A stretch of 64,000 bases of DNA, taken from NCBI GenBank assembly GCA_043802485.1, contig JAZDKZ010000006.1, positions 71,497 through 135,496 of the forward strand, read 5' to 3'. The notes under the pieces are model-generated. The model saw only the letters and a program-made list of their open reading frames with translations, made no database searches and was not told where the DNA came from. This stretch comes from Candidatus Aenigmatarchaeota archaeon (GTDB lineage Archaea; Aenigmatarchaeota; Aenigmatarchaeia; Aenigmatarchaeales; Aenigmatarchaeaceae). A program made the position numbers and the translations under genes. Below, in pieces: positions 43,567-52,435 of this stretch. The first letter of the stretch is position 1. Every line of letters starts with the position of its first letter.

Positions 43567-45240
43567 ATGGACAAGGATATATTTGAACTTAAAAAAATTG
43601 TGAATATAGACAAACCTACTATGGGTCTCTTTCTTTGCGCCGGGCCTAAGGAGGCCCCTGGTCTGGAGGAGAAAGCCAACCAAATCACAGAATTGAATTT
43701 TACAGGCAAGCCGGGTTCAGCTTCTGCATTATATTATTCACTATTCTTCCAGCTGCCAAAGTGGGGCTGGGAGGTAGCAAAGGCTGACGAGTGGATAGAT
43801 GTCTCCCCGACGCATAGGGAGTATTATGAAAGGACTGTCTCGACAAAGCAGATGTTGGAATCAACGATAAAGACCGGTTTGGCAACAGCTGCTCAGTCTG
43901 TTGCTGACTATGAGCTGATGAGCCACGACCTGAGAAAATACACGGAGATTCTAGGTTATTTTGCAAGCAAAGACGAGCATGTTTTGAGGTCGATGTTCGT
44001 TGACCAGGTTGATGTGCACACAGACATGCCTGGCCAGCCTCTGAGCATGAGGTCAATTGCGCCAAGATGGCCCACAATAATTGCTGACTTCCTTAGCCTG
44101 AATGAAGATGACAAAGATATCAAGGACATTGCCAAGAAGCTAAACATCTCCAATGCCGAAGCGTTGATACTAGTCACAAAGAACAAGCTTTATTTGGAAT
44201 GGAAAAAACTTTTCGAGGGCGTTGCCAAGGAAAGATATGCATCCATGAGGGGCTTGGTGAATGGCAGGAAAAAATCAATAGAAGAATACAGGAACTGGCT
44301 AAAGCCTTACATCACAAGGTTCAGGATGACACGCCTTGGAGGTGAAAATAAAATTTTTAGGGCTGGCGCAATCAAGTCTTTTGTTGACATAGCAGGCCAG
44401 TCGACTTTCTCCAATGGTATAAGGATTTTTGCTTGGAAACCTTTCAAGACAGTGGAGATTAGAAAGCCTGCAGCAGAACTCAAAAATGGTTTTGTCGTTT
44501 ACCCTTATGATGATTACACTAGGGACAATCTTATCTTTGGAAAATGGGGCCTTGCCAAAACCTACGGATGGTTAAGAAGTAAAAGGAAATATTGCTCTAG
44601 GTGTAACGACTACTATTCATCCGGAGCAGTAAGGTGTTCTGAATGCAAAAATGTGCATCTTGAGGACAGAACGTTTGCTGACGAGATAGTAGAAAAGGAG
44701 ATACTGGAAGCTTGGAAGAGTAGAGACAAGAACCTTGACCCTTACGAGCTCTACTATATGTTCCTTGATTTTGATGTCTTCAGGGTTGGTTCAAGGCTGC
44801 CTGTCGGTGAACTGGAGGATATAACATTCACTATAAGGAATTTCGTCATATCCCAAAACGTCATGCTGGTAAAGCTACTGGAAATGAAATGTAGGGAGAT
44901 TGAGCTGGAAAGGTACATAGACGAGATGCTGGGAGTCAGAGTCGGAGACATGGCATTTGACGAGATTCTCACAACAGACTTTCCAGCTTTCAAAAAAGAA
45001 GAAGAGTTTGGCGAATATCACAAGTTTGTCAAAGGTCTGAAGGAGACTGGCGAGGCCTATACCGGCTTCACTAAGAAAATCAAGTTTCCCAAGGTGGACA
45101 GGGAAAAGTTCATGTTCTTCAAGCACGGTCCCTATGAGGGCGACCTCAAGGATAGAATAGCAAAGAACTATCTCAGCATAGCTGGAGCCCAGTTCGGTGG
45201 AATCGTGGGCTTTATCAAATCACAGATGGGTGTTAGCTGA
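43567..45240 (+). CDS. large hypothetical protein with an internal zinc ribbon
   Basis: 557 aa from the first ATG (TTG at 43561 possible); only recognisable element is CSRC-x10-CSEC; otherwise no known motif. Confidence 0.55.
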   Translation: MDKDIFELKKIVNIDKPTMGLFLCAGPKEAPGLEEKANQITELNFTGKPGSASALYYSLFFQLPKWGWEVAKADEWIDVSPTHREYYERTVSTKQMLESTIKTGLATAAQSVADYELMSHDLRKYTEILGYFASKDEHVLRSMFVDQVDVHTDMPGQPLSMRSIAPRWPTIIADFLSLNEDDKDIKDIAKKLNISNAEALILVTKNKLYLEWKKLFEGVAKERYASMRGLVNGRKKSIEEYRNWLKPYITRFRMTRLGGENKIFRAGAIKSFVDIAGQSTFSNGIRIFAWKPFKTVEIRKPAAELKNGFVVYPYDDYTRDNLIFGKWGLAKTYGWLRSKRKYCSRCNDYYSSGAVRCSECKNVHLEDRTFADEIVEKEILEAWKSRDKNLDPYELYYMFLDFDVFRVGSRLPVGELEDITFTIRNFVISQNVMLVKLLEMKCREIELERYIDEMLGVRVGDMAFDEILTTDFPAFKKEEEFGEYHKFVKGLKETGEAYTGFTKKIKFPKVDREKFMFFKHGPYEGDLKDRIAKNYLSIAGAQFGGIVGFIKSQMGVS

Positions 45241-46781
45241 TGGGTTATATAGTAGGAATCTCAAGCGGTGCCTTTGGTCTTGTTGACCAGAAGGAAAAGC
45301 AAAACCTCATGACCATAACCAGAAAGATATTTGCAGGTGGTCTTGAGGGCGTCAACTTTACGCAGGTAGACCTGGAGGCCATAACCGAGTTCAACGAGCC
45401 TAATGTGAAGGAAGAGATAGAAAAGATAAAGGGATTGGGCATATCTTTTGGGTTTCATGGCGAGTTCTACGGCGGGTCAGAGAGACCCTTGGAGATGCTT
45501 GACTCTGCTATAGAATCAGACTACTTCCATTCTCACCAAAGATTGGTAGACCACATAGAGGGTTGTGGCAATCTTGGTGGCAAGTATGTTAACTTTCATC
45601 CTTCCCAAACAACACCTTTTACTAGATTGGGTAAAGACCTTCAACCTACAAAGCTTGTTGATCCCTGGGGCAGGCCTATGAAAAAATTCTTGGAAGAGAA
45701 CAAAAATTTGATGGATTGGATAGTAAAAAAAGAAAATGACTTTTTATGGGAATTTATCCGCACAACACCTAAAGATTTTATTGAAGATAGTGTTAAAAAT
45801 TTTGAATATCGTTATAAGGTTCAACATAATAAAGAACCTTCTGAAGGAGAAAAGGAAAAAATCTATAAAGAGGCAGTTGAAGAAGCTAAAAAAATTTTTA
45901 TAAGACATGTTAGCACTAGTGACCTTTCTTACGGTCCTGAAAAGGCTGCTTATTATATTATTGCAAAGTGGATGCAAGACAACAATGACTCTCTTTGGAA
46001 CAATATTGTTGGGGAAAAAATAAAAGATAAGGATTTGCCTAAAACGAAAAACATAAACAAATGGGTTCCTGCCGTATCCGCGAAATACATCTTGGGCCAC
46101 TTTCAACCAAAGAACGATCTCGATAACCCCACCAAACTGATGGAAAAATATAAGATATATTGTTTCTTCGAGGCTGAGATGGGCCGTGGCGGTCTGCAGG
46201 GCATGTCTAGAATAATCCGGCCTAGGGACTTTATATTTCTCTGTCAGGCAATCAAGTCCAAATGGGCTGCTGTTTGCATCGACTTTGAACACATACTTTC
46301 ACAGGACATTGACCCTGTCAAAGAGATAGAGTCAATTCCTCCAGGCTCAGCCGAGCGCGTAAAGCTTCTTCACCTGGGTTTTCCAACGCCACATGTTCCA
46401 GCCCACATGCCCATACCTTTGGGCTCCAAGGAGCAGCTGTGGTTGTATGAAAGGCTTTTCGAGCTGAGGCAGAAGGGCATGAAGGATGCTTGGATGATAT
46501 TTGAGAGAGCTGGCAATCCCAGGGAGCAGGTGATTCTTGTGTTAAGGCTGATGAAACAGTTCCTTGAAAAGGACATTGCTCCCAAAGAACTTCCATTAGA
46601 GTTCTATGGCATAAGGCCTGACGGGCCTGAGATGAGAAGGCAGGAGCTGGCAATGAGAGAGCATGCCCTAGACCCGCTGAAAGGATTGCTGACAGTGCCT
46701 GAGGAGGAGTACACCTTCCTGAGCTCGGCGGCAAAGAACAAGGGCAAGGCGGAGCTTTGGAGTAAAGAAAGGTTTAAATAA
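45240..46781 (+). CDS. xylose isomerase-like / AP endonuclease 2-type TIM-barrel metalloenzyme with a ~130-aa helical insertion
   Basis: IVGISSGAFG start, FHGE, VNFHP, IDFEH and HLGFP ligand-like motifs spaced as in this TIM-barrel family; TGATG overlap with the upstream gene. Confidence 0.55.
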   Translation: MGYIVGISSGAFGLVDQKEKQNLMTITRKIFAGGLEGVNFTQVDLEAITEFNEPNVKEEIEKIKGLGISFGFHGEFYGGSERPLEMLDSAIESDYFHSHQRLVDHIEGCGNLGGKYVNFHPSQTTPFTRLGKDLQPTKLVDPWGRPMKKFLEENKNLMDWIVKKENDFLWEFIRTTPKDFIEDSVKNFEYRYKVQHNKEPSEGEKEKIYKEAVEEAKKIFIRHVSTSDLSYGPEKAAYYIIAKWMQDNNDSLWNNIVGEKIKDKDLPKTKNINKWVPAVSAKYILGHFQPKNDLDNPTKLMEKYKIYCFFEAEMGRGGLQGMSRIIRPRDFIFLCQAIKSKWAAVCIDFEHILSQDIDPVKEIESIPPGSAERVKLLHLGFPTPHVPAHMPIPLGSKEQLWLYERLFELRQKGMKDAWMIFERAGNPREQVILVLRLMKQFLEKDIAPKELPLEFYGIRPDGPEMRRQELAMREHALDPLKGLLTVPEEEYTFLSSAAKNKGKAELWSKERFK

Positions 46782-46811
46782 AACATAAAATAATTACTAT
46801 TGAGTGATTAA

Positions 46812-48047
46812 ATGGTCAAGAGTGTTGGAAAGAAACTGAAAAAGTTCTCTGTTGAAACCAGGCTAAAGTCTGCAGAGGAGTTCAAGGAAAGGGTTCTTGG
46901 CATGTTCAAGACCTATGTAAAGTCCATAGTAGTTTTCGGTTCTTTCATGTTCGGCAAGGGAACAGGTAAATCTGATGTCGACGTCTATATCATATTTGAC
47001 GACACCAAGATGCCCTTGAAGAAATTCGACGACATAAGGGAAAAAATCAACAACGACCTGTACAAGGTCGCTGCCTCCATTGACCCAAGACTGCACCCTC
47101 AGCCCATACTTGCTCTTACAGAGTTCATCAAAGGCACCAGGTACACAAACCCCCTTTTCTTCAACATAATAAGGGATGGTTATGCTATTTACGATACTGG
47201 CTTCTTCATACCCATGAGGAAGCTTCTTGAATGGGGCGAGTTTCCCATCACTCCTGAGGCTGCCCACATGAGGATGGAGGGCGTTCCCAGGAGGATAACA
47301 AGGGTCAAAAGCGTCAAGCTCTATATAATCGCGGAGGATCTCTATTATGCCATGCTGGACGCTGCCCAAGCTGTTCTGATGTATGTTGGGGTTGGCCCGC
47401 CGTCGCCCAAGAACTCTGCCAGCGAGGTGAGGAAGCATCTGGTGGATGCCGATTTGCTTGAGGAAGAGTATGCACAAATGCTCCAGGACATCAACGAATT
47501 CAGAAAGAAGGTCGAGTACAAGGAGATAAAGGACATACCAGGAAAAGATGTGGACGAATGGATAAAAAAGACTGAAAAGTATGTCAAGAGGTTCGAAAAG
47601 CTGCTAAAGGACCTTGAGACTCAGAGGAAATCCTATGATATCAAGAGAAGTTATGATGTGATGGTCAATGCTTCTGCAGCTGCCCTGAAGAACCTCAAGA
47701 AGCTGCCCAAGGAGCCTGAGAAGCTGCCTGAGGCTTTCAAGAAATATCTTGTTGATACAGGCCTGATCAATCCCACCTACTCCGAGCTGTTCGGCAAGGT
47801 GGTCGAGATGAGGAGGATGCTTGAGGAGAACAAGCTGGACAAGATAAAGGACAAGGACATCTACTTGAACAAGGAATATGTGAGGAGATTCGTCACAGAC
47901 ATCTCGAGAATAATAAAGCAGCCAGTTCCACAGGAACCAGAGGACAAGATGAAAGAGGCCAAGCAGATGCTGGAAACTGCTGAAGAGGTCAGCAAGGTCA
48001 GGAAAAAGAGCAAAAAGGCTAAAAAAGCACGTCAGAAGTCGAAATAA
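46812..48047 (+). CDS. Pol-beta-superfamily nucleotidyltransferase fused to a HEPN-like helical region and K-rich tail
   Basis: NTase core VVFGSFMFGKGTGKSDVDVYIIFDD; following helical region resembles HEPN but I see no R-x4-6-H motif. Confidence 0.6.
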   Translation: MVKSVGKKLKKFSVETRLKSAEEFKERVLGMFKTYVKSIVVFGSFMFGKGTGKSDVDVYIIFDDTKMPLKKFDDIREKINNDLYKVAASIDPRLHPQPILALTEFIKGTRYTNPLFFNIIRDGYAIYDTGFFIPMRKLLEWGEFPITPEAAHMRMEGVPRRITRVKSVKLYIIAEDLYYAMLDAAQAVLMYVGVGPPSPKNSASEVRKHLVDADLLEEEYAQMLQDINEFRKKVEYKEIKDIPGKDVDEWIKKTEKYVKRFEKLLKDLETQRKSYDIKRSYDVMVNASAAALKNLKKLPKEPEKLPEAFKKYLVDTGLINPTYSELFGKVVEMRRMLEENKLDKIKDKDIYLNKEYVRRFVTDISRIIKQPVPQEPEDKMKEAKQMLETAEEVSKVRKKSKKAKKARQKSK

Positions 48048-48188
48048 TTTTAACTATACTTCTATAGTAAAAACTATAGTTTTAAATAGTAACAGAACTA
48101 TATTAAACAGAACGATTTCACGTGAAGGGAAGTATAAATATCGTAACGTCTTTAATTTTAAGATGTTTGTGATGAGTTGGTTAATAGT

Positions 48189-48455
48189 ATGGTGTTTTTA
48201 ATGGATCCAACAGGAGTAATAGTAAATTACCACATAGCTTATACGAAGGAAGTTCTTGTAGATGTTCCTACTGTAAAGTCTAAGAGGGATGCGGGCAAGT
48301 TCATAGGCAAAAAGGCTGTCTGGACCGACGAAAAGGGCAAGAAATACATCGGTCATGTGACAGGTCTGCACGGAAGGAAGGGCACTTTGAAGGTAAAGTT
48401 CAAGAAACCCCTGCCAGCCAATGCCTTGGCAAAGCCCATCTTGATAGCTGATTAG
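48189..48455 (+). CDS. rpl35ae: 50S ribosomal protein L35Ae
   Basis: GKFIGKKAVW...IGHVTGLHGRKGTLKVKFKKPLPANALAKPI matches the L35Ae C-terminal signature; start ambiguous (48177 TTG / 48189 / 48201). Confidence 0.8.
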   Translation: MVFLMDPTGVIVNYHIAYTKEVLVDVPTVKSKRDAGKFIGKKAVWTDEKGKKYIGHVTGLHGRKGTLKVKFKKPLPANALAKPILIAD

Positions 48456-48487
48456 ATTTATATAGAAGGTTCTAATAATTTCTTAAT

Positions 48488-49219
48488 ATGCCAAAGAAAG
48501 CTTCCGTTAAAGGTTCTTCTAGTGGTTCTGATTTTGAGAGGATTCCCTCTGGGATACCTGGTCTGGATGAATTGATGGAGGGAGGCTTCCCGAAAGGTTC
48601 TACTAATCTGGTTTCTGGTGCTGCCGGTACGGGCAAGACCATTTTCTGCTCACAATTCATTTGGGAAGGCCTACAGAAAGGTGAATCGTGTATGTATATC
48701 ACATTAGAGGAGAGACCGCAAGACATAATGGATGATGTCAGTAGGTTTGGCTGGGATTTTGAGCCGTATATTAAGGAAAAGAAGCTTTTCTTGGTCTATC
48801 AGGACCCGTTCCAGATGACTGATGTTACTTCTCCTCTGTTGGATGAGATCAAGCAGAAGAATGTTCAGCGAGTTGTTATCGACTCTACAGCCATTTTTGG
48901 CATGTACTACAAGGAGCCGTTCGAGATTAGGAAGCAGTTGTTCAAGCTTCTGAACGGTCTGAAGGACATTGGGGTCACCAGCGTCATAACCTCCGAGCTG
49001 CCTGAGGAGACGAACCAGCTTGCCAAGTTCGGTGTCGAAGAGTTTGTGGTCGACGGCGTCATTATTCTGAGATATATCGGCATAGGTGGGGAAGATTTTG
49101 TGAATCTGCAGGTCAGGAAGATGAGAAGAACCAAGCATGCTAACGCATGGTTCCCCATGACAATATCAGATAAAGGTATTCGGATAAAGAAAGAAGAACG
49201 AAGAGTATTAATGAAGTGA
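48488..49219 (+). CDS. single-domain KaiC/RadA-like ATPase
   Basis: IPSGIPGLDELMEGGFPKGSTNLVSGAAGTGKTIFCSQFI (Walker A), RVVIDST (Walker B-like). Confidence 0.88.
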   Translation: MPKKASVKGSSSGSDFERIPSGIPGLDELMEGGFPKGSTNLVSGAAGTGKTIFCSQFIWEGLQKGESCMYITLEERPQDIMDDVSRFGWDFEPYIKEKKLFLVYQDPFQMTDVTSPLLDEIKQKNVQRVVIDSTAIFGMYYKEPFEIRKQLFKLLNGLKDIGVTSVITSELPEETNQLAKFGVEEFVVDGVIILRYIGIGGEDFVNLQVRKMRRTKHANAWFPMTISDKGIRIKKEERRVLMK

Positions 49220-49223
49220 GGAA

Positions 49224-49853
49224 ATGGGGCTTTCCTTAATAACAAAACTTTTGATTTCAAAGCAGCTTAGATTCGAAGATGGTAGGATAGTGTTCTTAGA
49301 GGAACCCATGGCTTTTGTTCCAATTGAGTTTTATATTCATTTAACAAAGGAGATAAACAAGAAAAGAAGAGACAAGATGGAGGTGTATTTGGATGCATGG
49401 AAGGCTGGAGTCATTTTCATGCGTAGTGTAGCAAAGAGATACACCATGAGTAGGTTTGAGGAAAGGTACAATGAGGCTATGGAAATAATTTCCTCCGCAG
49501 GTTTCGGCGACTATCAGACTTTGGATTTTGTACCTACTAAATATGCTCAATTTAAGATATTCAACAATCCGATAGCAGAAAAATTCTTTCCCTCCAAGAA
49601 ACCAATAGATCATGTATTGCGGGGCTTCAACGCTGGAGGGGGTTCCCCGGTTCACGAAAGAATCATTAATACTATTGAAACAGAATGCAAGGCTGTTAAT
49701 GGCAAATACTGTATACACCTAAACGGTGCTACTGAGGTGCTGAAGCAGGCCAAGTACAAGAAATTTGTAAAGGACCAACTAGACTTGCCATTTCTATTAA
49801 AAGAACAGAAAAAATTCCTCAAAGAAATAAATTACAAAGAGATAAAGCCCTAG
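49224..49853 (+). CDS. V4R-domain protein
   Basis: LRFEDGRIVFLEEPMAFVPIEFY N-terminal pattern and GFGDYQ...VLRGFNAGGG...ETECKAVNGKYCIHL V4R core. Confidence 0.6.
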   Translation: MGLSLITKLLISKQLRFEDGRIVFLEEPMAFVPIEFYIHLTKEINKKRRDKMEVYLDAWKAGVIFMRSVAKRYTMSRFEERYNEAMEIISSAGFGDYQTLDFVPTKYAQFKIFNNPIAEKFFPSKKPIDHVLRGFNAGGGSPVHERIINTIETECKAVNGKYCIHLNGATEVLKQAKYKKFVKDQLDLPFLLKEQKKFLKEINYKEIKP

Positions 49854-50734
49854 AAAAGAAATAAGCTTAGCAGGAAGAAAAGGAAAGTAATTCTTCCAAA
49901 ACTCCATGAAATTTCTCCTGTCTTCTTCGTTGGATTTTTATAAACTTTTATTTCAGGTATTATGAGTGCGATGAACAATATGCCAGACAAAATAACGAAA
50001 GACAAGTTCTGAAAGCTCATATGGTAAAAAGTTAATAATGTAACAGGAAAGAAAATCATAGTTCCTATTATATTTAGTCTTGATGCGTTCTTGACACCAT
50101 ATTTTGTCACTATTGTCTTTTTTCCATGTATGTCATCTCCTCCCATATCCTTGAAATCTTTGAGTATTGAAAAGAAAGAAAACAATAATGTTAAAGCCAT
50201 TGATTGTAAAAGTATTTGATTCGTCATGATTAATGTATTTGTAGAAAGAACAAATCCCGCATATATTGTTGTGAACATAGAAACAAAGCCTAGACTTAGA
50301 TTACCTAAGATTAATCTGTCTTTTAGGGATATTGGGGGAGCAGAGTATGCTATGCTGGCTATACTCATCAGCAGAATCGATAGGAAAAATTTTACTGAAA
50401 CATACAAAGCCAGTGCGTTCCCTAACAAGTAGCATGCAGAACAAAAAATTATTACATCCTTGACTTTTATGGACCCCCTTTCTAAAGGTCTGAACGGCAT
50501 ATTAATTGAATCTACTTTCATATCGAAAAGGTCGTTTAACGCTGAACTTCCGTTGTATATTAAGAAGACTACAACTGTCAAAATTAATATAGGCAAAAAG
50601 TTCATAGTTGTAGAAGAAAGAACAAAACCTAATATGGAAAGTATAATCACACTCAAACTATTCCAAGGTCTGCCTAATTCAAGTAAAGAAGTCATTTTGT
50701 TCTTCTCTAATAGTTTGGAAAAAAACCTTTCCAT
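49850..50734 (-). CDS. UbiA-family prenyltransferase (DGGGP-synthase-like)
   Basis: LNDLFDMKVDSINMPFRPL and KDFKDMGGDDIHGKKT Asp-rich motifs, 8-9 TM helices; 4-nt convergent overlap with the V4R gene. Confidence 0.8.
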   Translation of the reverse strand: MERFFSKLLEKNKMTSLLELGRPWNSLSVIILSILGFVLSSTTMNFLPILILTVVVFLIYNGSSALNDLFDMKVDSINMPFRPLERGSIKVKDVIIFCSACYLLGNALALYVSVKFFLSILLMSIASIAYSAPPISLKDRLILGNLSLGFVSMFTTIYAGFVLSTNTLIMTNQILLQSMALTLLFSFFSILKDFKDMGGDDIHGKKTIVTKYGVKNASRLNIIGTMIFFPVTLLTFYHMSFQNLSFVILSGILFIALIIPEIKVYKNPTKKTGEISWSFGRITFLFFLLSLFLF

Positions 50735-50766
50735 GTATCTTATTTTGAATAAATCGCTATATAAAA

Positions 50767-51186
50767 CTAGAAGACGTCTTTAACCTTCTTTACAGAAATT
50801 ATATTTTTCGGGTCAAAGCCGTCCATAAATTCCAGATTCTCCTTCAGGCTCGCCCACTTGTAGTCCTTATGGTCCTTTGACAGCTTGATCTTTCCTATGG
50901 TTTTGCACTTGAAGACGACACGGACAACGCGGAAGATGCCTCGGCCCTTTCTCATTATGTTGGAATGTATGCCGAATAGCTTGACGCTTGTCAGCATCGT
51001 GCTGGTCTCCTCCAGAATCTCCCTTCTGAGAGCTTTGAGCAGGTTCTCACCAGGTCTGACCTTGCCCTCAGGCAGCTGCCACCTGCCTTTGTTTGTCATG
51101 TTCTTGTCACTTCTCTGCAGAACAAGGTATTTTCCATCTTTCTCTATGAAAGCGGATGCAACCAGAATAACAACTTGACCGGGCAT
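50767..51186 (-). CDS. NUDIX hydrolase
   Basis: Nudix box GKVRPGENLLKALRREILEETS. Confidence 0.85.
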   Translation of the reverse strand: MPGQVVILVASAFIEKDGKYLVLQRSDKNMTNKGRWQLPEGKVRPGENLLKALRREILEETSTMLTSVKLFGIHSNIMRKGRGIFRVVRVVFKCKTIGKIKLSKDHKDYKWASLKENLEFMDGFDPKNIISVKKVKDVF

Positions 51187-51213
51187 AGAAACAATAATTG
51201 TCGTCTATTCTTT

Positions 51214-51978
51214 TTAAAATTTTTTGGCCTTGTTCCAGAGTTCTTTGAAATAGGTCCTGAACACACTGATCATGGCCGGGCTGTTGCTCCAGAAAAAATC
51301 CGACTCTAATGGATTGTCTATCCTCATGCACATCTCCCTGCTGTCCACGATTCCTATCCTTGGGTGGACGTCCATGGGCAGTATCCTTATCTGAGCTCCC
51401 TGCTTCTTGTACCACTTGGCCCTTGCCATTTTCGATTCGTCTAGTTCAGAAGTCCCTATTATCTTTATTCTTATTCCTTTTTTCAGGGCCTTTGAATAAG
51501 CATTGTCCAGCAAGGAGTTTCTGGAAAACCTTGATGTTGTTGCCATGCCTTCTTTTTTAGTCATTTCCACCATCTCGGCAGCTTTTTCAAGAAACGCCTG
51601 CCTGCCCCTTCCGGTCCACATGCCCAGGTTCTCCTTTTTATTCTGGAAGGGCTTTAGCTGGTCAACAATCATGCTGGTTTTCCTGTTCAGCTTCTCTATC
51701 TCCGACTTTTTGGCGTCTATCAACTTCCTAAAGGCATGGTCTGTCTTGACAGCCTTGAACCTTTGGGGTTTGGAGTTCTGCTCCTCTGCCAAGGACTTGT
51801 CCACAAGCTTCCTCATTACATTGTATATCTTGGACTGGGGTATCTTGCTTTTCTGAGAAAGAATAGAAGCAGATAGAGGACCGTGGATTGACAAAGCCAA
51901 AAAGGCTTTGGCCTCGTATTCGCTCAGTCCGAAGACTCTAAGGTCCTGGACCAGTTCTTGTTTCAACATAATAACCAT
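51214..51978 (-). CDS. TrmB-family transcriptional regulator
   Basis: LRVFGLSEYEAKAFLALSIHGPLSASILSQKSKIPQSKIYNVMRKLVDKSL wHTH typical of TrmB, with a C-terminal effector-like domain. Confidence 0.8.
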   Translation of the reverse strand: MVIMLKQELVQDLRVFGLSEYEAKAFLALSIHGPLSASILSQKSKIPQSKIYNVMRKLVDKSLAEEQNSKPQRFKAVKTDHAFRKLIDAKKSEIEKLNRKTSMIVDQLKPFQNKKENLGMWTGRGRQAFLEKAAEMVEMTKKEGMATTSRFSRNSLLDNAYSKALKKGIRIKIIGTSELDESKMARAKWYKKQGAQIRILPMDVHPRIGIVDSREMCMRIDNPLESDFFWSNSPAMISVFRTYFKELWNKAKKF

Positions 51979-52127
51979 AAACGATTAAATTATTCAGCAA
52001 AAAAGATTTCCACAATCGTCGCATGTCTTTTTTTTCTGTTTTTCACTATACACTAAATCCAGATACTTTCCCGTCATACCATGATATCTTGCTACTTTGT
52101 ATGTTTCGTCTATAACACAATGACCAT

Positions 52128-52313
52128 TTAACGAAGTTCTACCCATTTTATCACCTTAACACAAAATATTCTTGCAGACTTTGCTGCAAAACTCTTTTTC
52201 AAAACATTGCTATCCATCGCGACACGTCTTTCATAAAATCTTTCGACATGAAGCTTCATAAATCCAAATTTGTTATGATTGTCATCAAGTGGACATCTGT
52301 CGCAAAGCGCCAT
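52128..52313 (-). CDS. hypothetical Cys-containing small protein (possibly the 5' part of a frameshifted gene)
   Basis: 61 aa with CDRC; a 50-aa ORF in another frame (51994..52146) ending TCDDCGNLFC overlaps its 3' end. Confidence 0.25.
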   Translation of the reverse strand: MALCDRCPLDDNHNKFGFMKLHVERFYERRVAMDSNVLKKSFAAKSARIFCVKVIKWVELR

Positions 52314-52435
52314 GAAATCACTGTCAATTCTTATATCGTGAGACTATTTAATTGTACGTCTAAATATAAACCTAACCACGACATAAAACGAATACACTTT
52401 AAAGAAATAATATCATAACCACCACGGGTAGTAAA

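Noticed and set aside
43473-43709. 78-aa minus-strand ORF overlapping the TM peptide and the start of the 557-aa gene
   Set aside because: It is antisense to two better-supported plus-strand ORFs that have promoter and coupling signals, and it has no motif.
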